Assembly (NCBI GenBank): GCA_964016885.1
Contig: OZ024743.1
Span: 176,886,001 to 176,950,000, forward strand
From: Eledone cirrhosa
Lineage: Eukaryota
Direction: 5' to 3'
Length of the DNA: 64,000 nt
The position numbers and the translations under genes are program-made. This document shows, piece after piece, positions 51,501 through 64,000 of this stretch; position 1 is the first letter of the stretch; every line of letters starts with the position of its first letter. The notes below the pieces were generated by a model. It was not told where the DNA came from. It did no database searches and worked only from the letters and a program-made list of their open reading frames with translations.

Positions 51501-54500
51501 AGCTGAGATATACCACCTAGATGGGGTGTTGAGTCTGTCACTCCCTACCACAGCTGAGATATACCACCTAGACTGGGGTGTTGAGTAGTCACGTTCTACC
51601 ACAGCTGAGATATACCACCTAGACTGGGGTGTTGAGTCTGTCACTCCCTACCACAGCTGAGATATACCACCTAGACTGGGGTGTTGAGTCTGTCACTTTC
51701 TACCACAGCTGAGATATACCACCTAGACTGGGGTGTAGAGACTGTCACTCTCTACCACAGCTGAGATATACCACCTAGACTGGGGTGTTGAGTTTGTCAC
51801 TCCCTACCACAGCTGAGATATACCACCTAGACTGGGGTGTTGAGTCTGTCACTTTCTACCACAGCTGAGATATACCACCTAGATGGGGTGTTGAGTCTGT
51901 CACTCCCTACCACAGCTGAGATATACCACCTAGATGGGGTGTTGAGTCTGTCATTCCCTACCACAGCTGAGATATACCACCTAGACTGGGGTGTTGAGTC
52001 TGTCACTTTCTACCACAGCTGAGATATACCACCTAGACTGGGGTGTAGAGTCTGTCACTCCCTACCACAGCTAAGATATACCACCTAGACTGGGGTGTTG
52101 AGTCTGTCACTCCCTACCACAGCTGAGATATACCACCTAGACTGGGGTGTAGAGTCTGTCACTCTCTACCACAGCTGATATATACCACCTAGACTGGGGT
52201 GTTGAGTCTGTCACTTTCTACCACAGCTGAGATATACCACCTAGACTGGGGTGTTGAGTCTGTCACTCCCTACCACAGCTGAGATATACCACCTAGACTG
52301 GGGTGTTGAGTCTGTCACTTTCTACCACAGCTGAGATATACCACCTAGACTGGGGTGTAGAGTCTGTCACTCTCTACCACACTGAGATATACCACCTAGA
52401 CTGGGGTGTTGAGTCTGTCACTTTCTACCACAGCTGAGATATATCACCTAGGCTGCGGTGTTGAGTCTGTCACTCCCTGCCACAGCTGACATATACCACC
52501 TAGACTGGGGTGTTGAGTCTGTCACTTTCTACCACAGCTGAGATATACCACCTAGACTGGGGTGTTGAATCTGTCACTCTCTACCACAGCTGAGATATAC
52601 CACCTAGACTGGGGTGTTGAGTCTGTCACTCTCTACCACAGCTGAGATATACCACCTAGACTGGGGTGTAGAGTCTGTCACTCCCTACCAGTGCTGAGAT
52701 ATACCACCTAGACTGGGGTGTTGAGTCTGTCACTCCCTACCACAGCTGAGATATACCACCTAGACTGGGGTGTTGAGTCTGTCACTCTCTACCACAGCTG
52801 AGATATACCACCTAGACAGGGGTGTAGAGTCTGTCACTCCCTACCACAACTGAGATATACCACTTAGACTGGAGTGTTGAGTCTGTCACTTACAGCTGAG
52901 ATATACCACCTAGACTGGGCTGTAGAGTCTGTCACTTCCTACCACAGCTGAGACATACCACCTAGACTGGGGTGTTGAGTCTGTCACTTTCTACCACAGC
53001 TGAGATATACCACCTAGACTGGGGTGTTTAGTCTGTCACTCTCTACAACAGGTGAGATATACCACTTAGACTGGGGTGGAGAGTCTGTCACTCTCTACCA
53101 CAGCTGAGATATACCACCTGGACTGGGGTGTAGAGTCTGTCACTCCCTACCACAGCTGAGATATACCACCTAGACTGGGCTGTAGAGTCTGTCACTCCCT
53201 ACCACAGCTGAGATATACCACCTAGATGGGGTGTTGAGTCTGTCACTCCCTACCAGAGCTGAGATATACCACCTAGACTGGGGTGTAGAGTCTGTCACTC
53301 CCTGCCACAGCTGAGATATACCACCTAGACTGGGGTGTTGAGTCTATCACTTTCTACCACAGCTGAGATATACCACCTGGACTGGGGTGTAGAGTCTGTC
53401 ACTCCCTACCACAGCTGAGATATACCACCCAGACTGGGCTGTAGAGTCTGTCACTCCCTACCACAGCTGAGATATACCACCTAGATGGGGTGTTGAGTCT
53501 GTCACTCCCTACCACAGCTGAGATATACCACCTAGACTGGGGTGTAGAGTCTGTCACTCACTACCACAGCTGAGATAGACCAACTAGACTGGGGTGTTGA
53601 GTCTGTCACTTTCTACCACAGCTGAGATATACCACCTAGACTGGGGTGTAGAGTCTGTCACTCTCTACCACAGCTGAGATATACCACCTAGACTGGGGTG
53701 TTTAGTCTGTCACTCTCTACCACAGCTGAGATATACCACCTAGACTGGGGTGGAGAGTCTGTTACTCTCTACCACAGCTGAGATATACCACCTAGACTGG
53801 GGTGTTGAGTCTGTCACTCCCTACCAGAGCTGAGATATACCACCTAGACTGGGGTGTTGAGTTTGTCACTCCCTACTTCAGCTGAGATATACCACCTAGA
53901 CTGGGGTGTTGAGTCTGTCACTCCCTACCACACCTGAGATATACCACCTAGACTGGGGTGTTGAGTCTGTCACTCCCTACCACAGCTGAGATATACCACC
54001 TGGACTGGGGTGTTGAGTCTGTCACTCTCTACCACAGCTGAGATATACCACCTAGACAGGGGTGTAGAGTTTGTCACTCCCTACCACAACTGAGATATAC
54101 CACTTAGACTTTGGTGTTGAGTCTGTCACTTACAGCTGAGATATACCACCTTGACTGGGGTGTTGAATCTGTCACTCCCTACCACAGCTGAGATATACCA
54201 CCTAGACTGGGATGTAGAGTCTGTCACTCCCTACCACAACTGAGATATACCACCTAGACTGGGGTGTTGAGTCTGTCACTCTCTACCACAGCTGAGATAT
54301 ACCACCTAGACTGGGGTGTTGAGTCTGTCACTCTCTACCTCAGCTGAGATATGCCACCTGGACTGGGGTGTAGAGTCTGTCACTCCCTACCACAGCTGAG
54401 ATATACCACCTAGACTGGGCTGTAGAGTCTGTCACTCCCTACCACAGCTGAGATATACCACCTAGATGGGGTGTTGAGTCTGTCACTCCCTACCACAGCT

Positions 54501-57500
54501 GAGATATACCACCTAGACTGGGGTGTTGAGTCTGTACCTTTCTACCACAGCTGAGATATACCACCTAGACTGGGGTGTAGAGTCTGTCACTCACTACCAC
54601 AGCTGAGATATACCACCTAGACTGGGGTGTTGAGTCAGTCACTCTCTACCACAGCTGAGATATACCACCTGGACTGGGGTGTAGAGTCTGTCACTCCCTA
54701 CCACAGCTGAGATATACCACCTAGACTGGGCTGTAGAGTCTGTCACTCCCTACCACAGCTGAGATATACCACCTAGATGGGGTGTTGAGTCTGTCACTCC
54801 CTACCACAGCTGAGATATACCACCTAGACTGGGGTGTTGAGTCTGTACCTTTCTACCACAGCTGAGATATATCACCTAGACTGGGGTGTAGAGTCTGTCA
54901 CTCACTACCACAGCTGAGATATACCAACTAGACTGGGGTGTTGAGTCTGTCACTTTCTACCACAGCTGAGATATACCACCTAGACTGGGGTGTAGAGTCT
55001 GTCACTCTCTACCACAGCTGAGATATACCACCTAGACTGGGGTGTTGAGTTTGTCACTCCTTACCACAGCTGAGATATACCTCCTAGACTGGGGTGTAGA
55101 GTCTGTCACTCTCTACCACAGCTGAGATATACCACCTAGACTGGGGTGTTGAGTCTATCACTTTCTACCACAGCTGAGATATACCACCTAGACTGGGGTG
55201 TTGAGTCTGTCACTTTCTACCACAGCTGAGATATACCACCTAGACTGGGGTGTAGAGACTGTCACTCTCTACCACAGCTGAGATATACCACCTAGACTGG
55301 GGTGTTGAGTTTGTCACTCCCTACCACAGCTGAGATATACCACCTAGACTGGGGTGTTGAGTCTGTCACTTTCTACCACAGCTGAGATATACCACCTAGA
55401 TGGGGTGTTGAGTCTGTCACTCCCTACCACAGCTGAGATATACCACCTAGATGGGGTGTTGAGTCTGTCATTCCCTACCACAGCTGAGATATACCACCTA
55501 GACTGGGGTGTTGAGTCTGTCACTTTCTACCACAGCTGAGATATACCACCTAGACTGGGGTGTAGAGTCTGTCACTCCCTACCACAGCTAAGATATACCA
55601 CCTAGACTGGGGTGTTGAGTCTGTCACTCCCTACCACAGCTGAGATATACCACCTAGACTGGGGTGTAGAGTCTGTCACTCTCTACCACAGCTGAGATAT
55701 ACCACCTAGACTGGGGTGTTGAGTCTGTCACTTTCTACCACAGCTGAGATATACCACCTAGACTGGGGTGTTGAGTCTGTCACTCCCTACCACAGCTGAG
55801 ATATACCACCTAGACTGGGGTGTTGAGTCTGTCACTTTCTACCACAGCTGAGATATACCACCTAGACTGGGGTGTAGAGTCTGTCACTCTCTACCACACT
55901 GAGATATACCACCTAGACTGGGGTGTTGAGTCTGTCACTTTCTACCACAGCTGAGATATACCACCTAGGCTGCGGTGTTGAGTCTGTCACTCCCTGCCAC
56001 AGCTGACATATACCACCTAGACTGGGGTGTTGAGTCTGTCACTTTCTACCACAGCTGAGATATACCACCTAGACTGGGGTGTTGAATCTGTCACTCTCTA
56101 CCACAGCTGAGATATACCACCTAGACTGGGGTGTTGAGTCTGTCACTCTCTACCACAGCTGAGATATACCACCTAGACTGGGGTGTAGAGTCTGTCACTC
56201 CCTACCAGTGCTGAGATATACCACCTAGACTGGGGTGTTGAGTCTGTCACTCCCTACCACAGCTGAGATATACCACCTAGACTGGGGTGTTGAGTCTGTC
56301 ACTCTCTACCACAGCTGAGATATACCACCTAGACAGGGGTGTAGAGTCTGTCACTCCCTACCACAACTGAGATATACCACTTAGACTGGAGTGTTGAGTC
56401 TGTCACTTACAGCTGAGATATACCACCTAGACTGGGCTGTAGAGTCTGTCACTTCCTACCACATTTGAGACATACCACCTAGACTGGGGTGTTGAGTCTG
56501 TCACTTTCTACCACAGCTGAGATATACCACCTAGACTGGGGTGTTTAGTCTGTCACTCTCTACAACAGCTGAGATATACCACTTAGACTGGGGTGGAGAG
56601 TCTGTCACTCTCTACCACAGCTGAGATATACCACCTGGACTGGGGTGTAGAGTCTGTCACTCCCTACCACAGCTGAGATATACCACCTAGACTGGGCTGT
56701 AGAGTCTGTCACTCCCTACCACAGCTGAGATATACCACCTAGATGGGGTGTTGAGTCTGTCACTCCCTACCACAGCTGAGATATACCACCTAGACTGGGG
56801 TGTAGAGTCTGTCACTCCCTGCCACAGCTGAGATATACCACCTAGACTGGGGTGTTGAGTCTATCACTTTCTACCACAGCTGAGATATACCACCTGGACT
56901 GGGGTGTAGAGTCTGTCACTCCCTACCACAGCTGAGATATACCACCCAGACTGGGCTGTAGAGTCTGTCACTCCCTACCACAGCTGAGATATACCACCTA
57001 GATGGGGTGTTGAGTCTGTCACTCCCTACCACAGCTGAGATATACCACCTAGACTGGGGTGTAGAGTCTGTCACTCACTACCACAGCTGAGATAGACCAA
57101 CTAGACTGGGGTGTTGAGTCTGTCACTTTCTACCACAGCTGAGATATACCACCTAGACTGGGGTGTAGAGTCTGTCACTCTCTACCACAGCTGAGATATA
57201 CCACCTAGACTGGGGTGTTTAGTCTGTCACTCTCTACCACAGCTGAGATATACCACCTAGACTGGGGTGGAGAGTCTGTTACTCTCTACCACAGCTGAGA
57301 TATACCACCTAGACTGGGGTGTTGAGTCTGTCACTCCCTACCAGAGCTGAGATATACCACCTAGACTGGGGTGTTGAGTTTGTCACTCCCTACTTCAGCT
57401 GAGATATACCACCTAGACTGGGGTGTTGAGTCTGTCACTCCCTACCACACCTGAGATATACCACCTAGACTGGGGTGTTGAGTCTGTCACTCCCTACCAC

Positions 57501-60500
57501 AGCTGAGATATACCACCTGGACTGGGGTGTTGAGTCTGTCACTCTCTACCACAGCTGAGATATACCACCTAGACAGGGGTGTAGAGTTTGTCACTCCCTA
57601 CCACAACTGAGATATACCACTTAGACTTTGGTGTTGAGTCTGTCACTTACAGCTGAGATATACCACCTTGACTGGGGTGTTGAATCTGTCACTCCCTACC
57701 ACAGCTGAGATATACCACCTAGACTGGGATGTAGAGTCTGTCACTCCCTACCACAACTGAGATATACCACCTAGACTGGGGTGTTGAGTCTGTCACTCTC
57801 TACCACAGCTGAGATATACCACCTAGACTAGGGTGTTGAGTCTGTCACTCTCTACCTCAGCTGAGATATGCCACCTGGACTGGGGTGTAGAGTCTGTCAC
57901 TCCCTACCACAGCTGAGATATACCACCTAGACTGGGCTGTAGAGTCTGTCACTCCCTACCACAGCTGAGATATACCACCTAGATGGGGTGTTGAGTCTGT
58001 CACTCCCTACCACAGCTGAGATATACCACCTAGACTGGGGTGTTGAGTCTGTACCTTTCTACCACAGCTGAGATATACCACCTAGACTGGGGTGTAGAGT
58101 CTGTCACTCACTACCACAGCTGAGATATACCACCTAGACTGGGGTGTTGAGTCAGTCACTCTCTACCACAGCTGAGATATACCACCTGGACTGGGGTGTA
58201 GAGTCTGTCACTCCCTACCACAGCTGAGATATACCACCTAGACTGGGCTGTAGAGTCTGTCACTCCCTACCACAGCTGAGATATACCACCTAGATGGGGT
58301 GTTGAGTCTGTCACTCCCTACCACAGCTGAGATATACCACCTAGACTGGGGTGTTGAGTCTGTACCTTTCTACCACAGCTGAGATATACCACCTAGACTG
58401 GGGTGTAGAGTCTGTCACTCACTACCACAGCTGAGATATACCAACTAGACTGGGGTGTTGAGTCTGTCACTTTCTACCACAGCTGAGATATACCACCTAG
58501 ACTGGGGTGTAGAGTCTGTCACTCTCTACCACAGCTGAGATATACCACCTAGACTGGGGTGTTGAGTTTGTCACTCCTTACCACAGCTGAGATATACCTC
58601 CTAGACTGGGGTGTAGAGTCTGTCACTCTTTACCACAGCTGAGATATACCACCTAGACTGGGGTGTTGAGTCTATCACTTTCTACCACAGCTGAGATATA
58701 CCACCTAGACTGGGGTGTAGAGTCTGTCACTCTCTACCACAGCTGAGATATACCACCTAGACTGGGGTGTTGAGTAGTCACGTTCTACCACAGCTGAGAT
58801 ATACCACCTAGACTGGGGTGTTGAGTCTGTCACTCCCTACCACAGCTGAGATATACCACCTAGACTGGGGTGTTGAGTCTGTCACTTTCTACCACAGCTG
58901 AGATATACCACCTAGACTGGGGTGTAGAGACTGTCACTCTCTACCACAGCTGAGATATACCACCTAGACTGGGGTGTTGAGTTTGTCACTCCCTACCACA
59001 GCTGAGATATACCACCTAGACTGGGGTGTTGAGTCTGTCACTTTCTACCACAGCTGAGATATACCACCTAGATGGGGTGTTGAGTCTGTCACTCCCTACC
59101 ACAGCTGAGATATACCACCTAGATGGGGTGTTGAGTCTGTCATTCCCTACCACAGCTGAGATATACCACCTAGACTGGGGTGTTGAGTCTGTCACTTTCT
59201 ACCACAGCTGAGATATACCACCTAGACTGGGGTGTAGAGTCTGTCACTCCCTACCACAGCTAAGATATACCACCTAGACTGGGGTGTTGAGTCTGTCACT
59301 CACTACCACAGCTGAGATATACCACCTAGACTGGGGTGTAGAGTCTGTCACTCTCTACCACAGCTGAGATATACCACCTAGACTGGGGTGTTGAGTCTGT
59401 CACTTTCTACCACAGCTGAGATATACCACCTAGACTGGGGTGTTGAGTCTGTCACTCCCTACCACAGCTGAGATATACCACCTAGACTGGGGTGTTGAGT
59501 CTGTCACTTTCTACCACAGCTGAGATATACCACCTAGACTGGGGTGTAGAGTCTGTCACTCTCTACCACACTGAGATATACCACCTAGACTGGGGTGTTG
59601 AGTCTGTCACTTTCTACCACAGCTGAGATATACCACCTAGGCTGCGGTGTTGAGTCTGTCACTCCCTGCCACAGCTGACATATACCACCTAGACTGGGCT
59701 GTAGAGTCTGTCACTTTCTACCACAGCTGAGATATACCACCTAGACTGGGGTGTTGAATCTGTCACTCTCTACCACAGCTGAGATATACCACCTAGACTG
59801 GGGTGTTGAGTCTGTCACTCTCTACCACAGCTGAGATATACCACCTAGACTGGGGTGTAGAGTCTGTCACTCCCTACCAGTGCTGAGATATACCACCTAG
59901 ACTGGGGTGTTGAGTCTGTCACTCCCTACCACAGCTGAGATATACCACCTAGACTGGGGTGTTGAGTCTGTCACTCCCTACCACAGCTGAGATATACCAC
60001 CTAGACTGGGGTGTAGAGTCTGTCACTCTCTACCACAGCTGAGATATACCACCTAGACAGGGGTGTAGAGTCTGTCACTCCCTACCACAACTGAGATATA
60101 CCACTTAGACTGGAGTGTTGAGTCTGTCACTTACAGCTGAGATATACCACCTAGACTGGGCTGTAGAGTCTGTCACTTCCTACCACAGCTGAGATATACC
60201 ACCTAGACTGGGGTGTTGAGTCTGTCACTTTCTACCACAGCTGAGATATACCACCTAGACTGGGGTGTTTAGTCTGTCACTCTCTACAACAGCTGAGATA
60301 TACCACTTAGACTGGGGTGGAGAGTCTGTCACTCCCTATCACAGCTGAGATATACCACCTAGACTGGGGTGTTGAGTCTGTCACTCTCTACCACAACTGA
60401 GATATACCACCTAGACTGGGGTGTAGAGTCTGTCACTCCCTACCACAACTGAGATATACCACCTAGACTGGAGTGTTGAGTCTGTCACTTTCTACCACAG

Positions 60501-63500
60501 CTGAGATATACCACCTAGACTGGGGTGTTTAGTCTGTCACTCTCTACAACAGCTGAGATATACCACTTATACTGGGGTGGAGAGTCTGTCACTCTCTACC
60601 ACAGCTGAGATATACCACCTGGACTGGGGTGTAGAGTCTGTCACTCCCTACCACAGCTGAGATATACCACCTGGACTGGGCTATAGAGTCTGTCACTCCC
60701 TACCACAGCTGAGATATACCAACTAGATGGGGTGTTGAGTCTGTCACTCCCTACCACAGCTGAGATATACCACCTAGACTGGGGTGTAGAGTCTGTCACT
60801 CCCTGCCACAGCTGAGATATACCACCTAGACTGGGGTGTTGAGTCTATCACTTTCTACCACAGCTGAGATATACCACCTAGACTGGGGTGTAGAGTCTGT
60901 CACTCTCTACCACAGCTGAGATATACCACCTAGACTGGGGTGTTAAGTAGTCACGTTCTACCACAGCTGAGATATACCACCTAGACTGGGGTGTTGAGTC
61001 TGTCACTCCCTACCACAGCTGAGATATACCACCTAGACTGGGGTGTTGAGTCTGTCACTTTCTACCACAGCTGAGATATACCACCTAGACTGGGGTGTAG
61101 AGACTGTCACTCTCTACCACAGCTGAGATATACCACCTAGACTGGGGTGTTGAGTTTGTCACTCCCTACCACAGCTGAGATATACCACCTAGACTGGGGT
61201 GTTGAGTCTGTCACTTTCTACCACAGCTGAGATATACCACCTAGATGGGGTGTTGAGTCTGTCACTCCCTACCACAGCTGAGATATACCACCTAGATGGG
61301 GTGTTGAGTCTGTCATTCCCTACCACAGCTGAGATATACCACCTAGACTGGGGTGTTGAGTCTGTCACTTTCTACCACAGCTGAGATATACCACCTAGAC
61401 TGGGGTGTAGAGTCTGTCACTCCCTACCACAGCTAAGATATACCACCTAGACTGGGGTGTTGAGTCTGTCACTCCCTACCACAGCTGAGATATACCACCT
61501 AGACTGGGGTGTAGAGTCTGTCACTCTCTACCACAGCTGAGATATACCACCTAGACTGGGGTGTTGAGTCTGTCACTTTCTACCACAGCTGAGATATACC
61601 ACCTAGACTGGGGTGTTGAGTCTGTCACTCCCTACCACAGCTGAGATATACCACCTAGACTGGGGTGTTGAGTCTGTCACTTTCTACCACAGCTGAGATA
61701 TACCACCTAGACTGGGGTGTAGAGTCTGTCACTCTCTACCACACTGAGATATACCACCTAGACTGGGGTGTTGAGTCTGTCACTTTCTACCACAGCTGAG
61801 ATATACCACCTAGGCTGCGGTGTTGAGTCTGTCACTCCCTGCCACAGCTGACATATACCACCTAGACTGGGGTGTTGAGTCTGTCACTTTCTACCACAGC
61901 TGAGATATACCACCTAGACTGGGGTGTTGAATCTGTCACTCTCTACCACAGCTGAGATATACCACCTAGACTGGGGTGTTGAGTCTGTCACTCTCTACCA
62001 CAGCTGAGATATACCACCTAGACTGGGGTGTAGAGTCTGTCACTCCCTACCAGTGCTGAGATATACCACCTAGACTGGGGTGTTGAGTCTGTCACTCCCT
62101 ACCACAGCTGAGATATACCACCTAGACTGGGGTGTTGAGTCTGTCACTCTCTACCACAGCTGAGATATACCACCTAGACAGGGGTGTAGAGTCTGTCACT
62201 CCCTACCACAACTGAGATATACCACTTAGACTGGAGTGTTGAGTCTGTCACTTACAGCTGAGATATACCACCTAGACTGGGCTGTAGAGTCTGTCACTTC
62301 CTACCACAGCTGAGACATACCACCTAGACTGGGGTGTTGAGTCTGTCACTTTCTACCACAGCTGAGATATACCACCTAGACTGGGGTGTTTAGTCTGTCA
62401 CTCTCTACAACAGCTGAGATATACCACTTAGACTGGGGTGGAGAGTCTGTCACTCTCTACCACAGCTGAGATATACCACCTGGACTGGGGTGTAGAGTCT
62501 GTCACTCTCTACCACAGCTGAGATATACCACCTAGACTGGGCTGTAGAGTCTGTCACTCCCTACCACAGCTGAGATATACCACCTAGATGGGGTGTTGAG
62601 TCTGTCACTCCCTACCACAGCTGAGATATACCACCTAGACTGGGGTGTAGAGTCTGTCACTCCCTGCCACAGCTGAGATATACCACCTAGACTGGGGTGT
62701 TGAGTCTATCACTTTCTACCACAGCTGAGATATACCACCTGGACTGGGGTGTAGAGTCTGTCACTCCCTACCACAGCTGAGATATACCACCCAGACTGGG
62801 CTGTAGAGTCTGTCACTCCCTACCACAGCTGAGATATACCACCTAGATGGGGTGTTGAGTCTGTCACTCCCTACCACAGCTGAGATATACCACCTAGACT
62901 GGGGTGTAGAGTCTGTCACTCACTACCACAGCTGAGATAGACCAACTAGACTGGGGTGTTGAGTCTGTCACTTTCTACCACAGCTGAGATATACCACCTA
63001 GACTGGGGTGTAGAGTCTGTCACTCTCTACCACAGCTGAGATATACCACCTAGACTGGGGTGTTTAGTCTGTCACTCTCTACCACAGCTGAGATATACCA
63101 CCTAGACTGGGGTGGAGAGTCTGTTACTCTCTACCACAGCTGAGATATACCACCTAGACTGGGGTGTTGAGTCTGTCACTCCCTACCAGAGCTGAGATAT
63201 ACCACCTAGACTGGGGTGTTGAGTTTGTCACTCCCTACTTCAGCTGAGATATACCACCTAGACTGGGGTGTTGAGTCTGTCACTCCCTACCACACCTGAG
63301 ATATACCACCTAGACTGGGGTGTTGAGTCTGTCACTCCCTACCACAGCTGAGATATACCACCTGGACTGGGGTGTTGAGTCTGTCACTCTCTACCACAGC
63401 TGAGATATACCACCTAGACAGGGGTGTAGAGTTTGTCACTCTCTACCACAACTGAGATATACCACTTAGACTTTGGTGTTGAGTCTGTCACTTACAGCTG

Positions 63501-64000
63501 AGATATACCACCTTGACTGGGGTGTTGAATCTGTCACTCCCTACCACAGCTGAGATATACCACCTAGACTGGGATGTAGAGTCTGTCACTCCCTACCACA
63601 ACTGAGATATACCACCTAGACTGGGGTGTTGAGTCTGTCACTCTCTACCACAGCTGAGATATACCACCTAGACTGGGGTGTTGAGTCTGTCACTCTCTAC
63701 CTCAGCTGAGATATGCCACCTGGACTGGGGTGTAGAGTCTGTCACTCCCTACCACAGCTGAGATATACCACCTAGACTGGGCTGTAGAGTCTGTCACTCC
63801 CTACCACAGCTGAGATATACCACCTAGATGGGGTGTTGAGTCTGTCACTCCCTACCACAGCTGAGATATACCACCTAGACTGGGGTGTTGAGTCTGTACC
63901 TTTCTACCACAGCTGAGATATACCACCTAGACTGGGGTGTAGAGTCTGTCACTCACTACCACAGCTGAGATATACCACCTAGACTGGGGTGTTGAGTCAG
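36599..64000. repeat. 52-bp satellite array (at least 27.4 kb, roughly 525-530 monomers) with higher-order structure; runs off the window end
   Basis: Consensus CTACCACAGCTGAGATATACCACCTAGACTGGGGTGT(T/A)GAGTCTGTCACT(C/T)(C/T); period 52 (36908 to 36960); single orientation, no interruption seen. Confidence 0.98.

Noticed and set aside
36599-64000. CRISPR-like array or repeated 61-aa gene
   Set aside because: Monomers are contiguous with no unique spacers and there are no cas genes. The ORFs arise where 1-bp deletions skip stops in a 52-bp unit.

Overview
Repeat-rich eukaryotic DNA; the SINE/LINE repertoire suggests a cephalopod such as octopus, which is my inference. 1-9583 is a degenerate Helitron (minus strand, Rep/Pif1 helicase) carrying a 154-bp palindrome and interrupted by a young full-length Ty3/Gypsy LTR retrotransposon (466-5368; 273/274-bp LTRs, TGTCC target-site duplication, gag-pol with three lesions). 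9.6-36.6 kb is a patchwork of tRNA-derived SINEs, RTE, CR1 and CRE-like LINE fragments, TTAA MITEs, a 94-bp minisatellite and a ~8.6-kb compound (GT)n array. It also holds two phase-compatible minus-strand exons whose product resembles CCDC138. From ~36.6 kb to the end is one uninterrupted 52-bp satellite with higher-order repeats (42-mer, 2173 bp, plus variants). The most unusual signals are three exact copies of the LTR-end/PBS junction (two in frame inside gag), an extended tRNA-like PBS, a SINE B-box fragment fixed in both LTRs, and a higher-order satellite apparently inside a gene intron. No CRISPR or prokaryotic system is supported.
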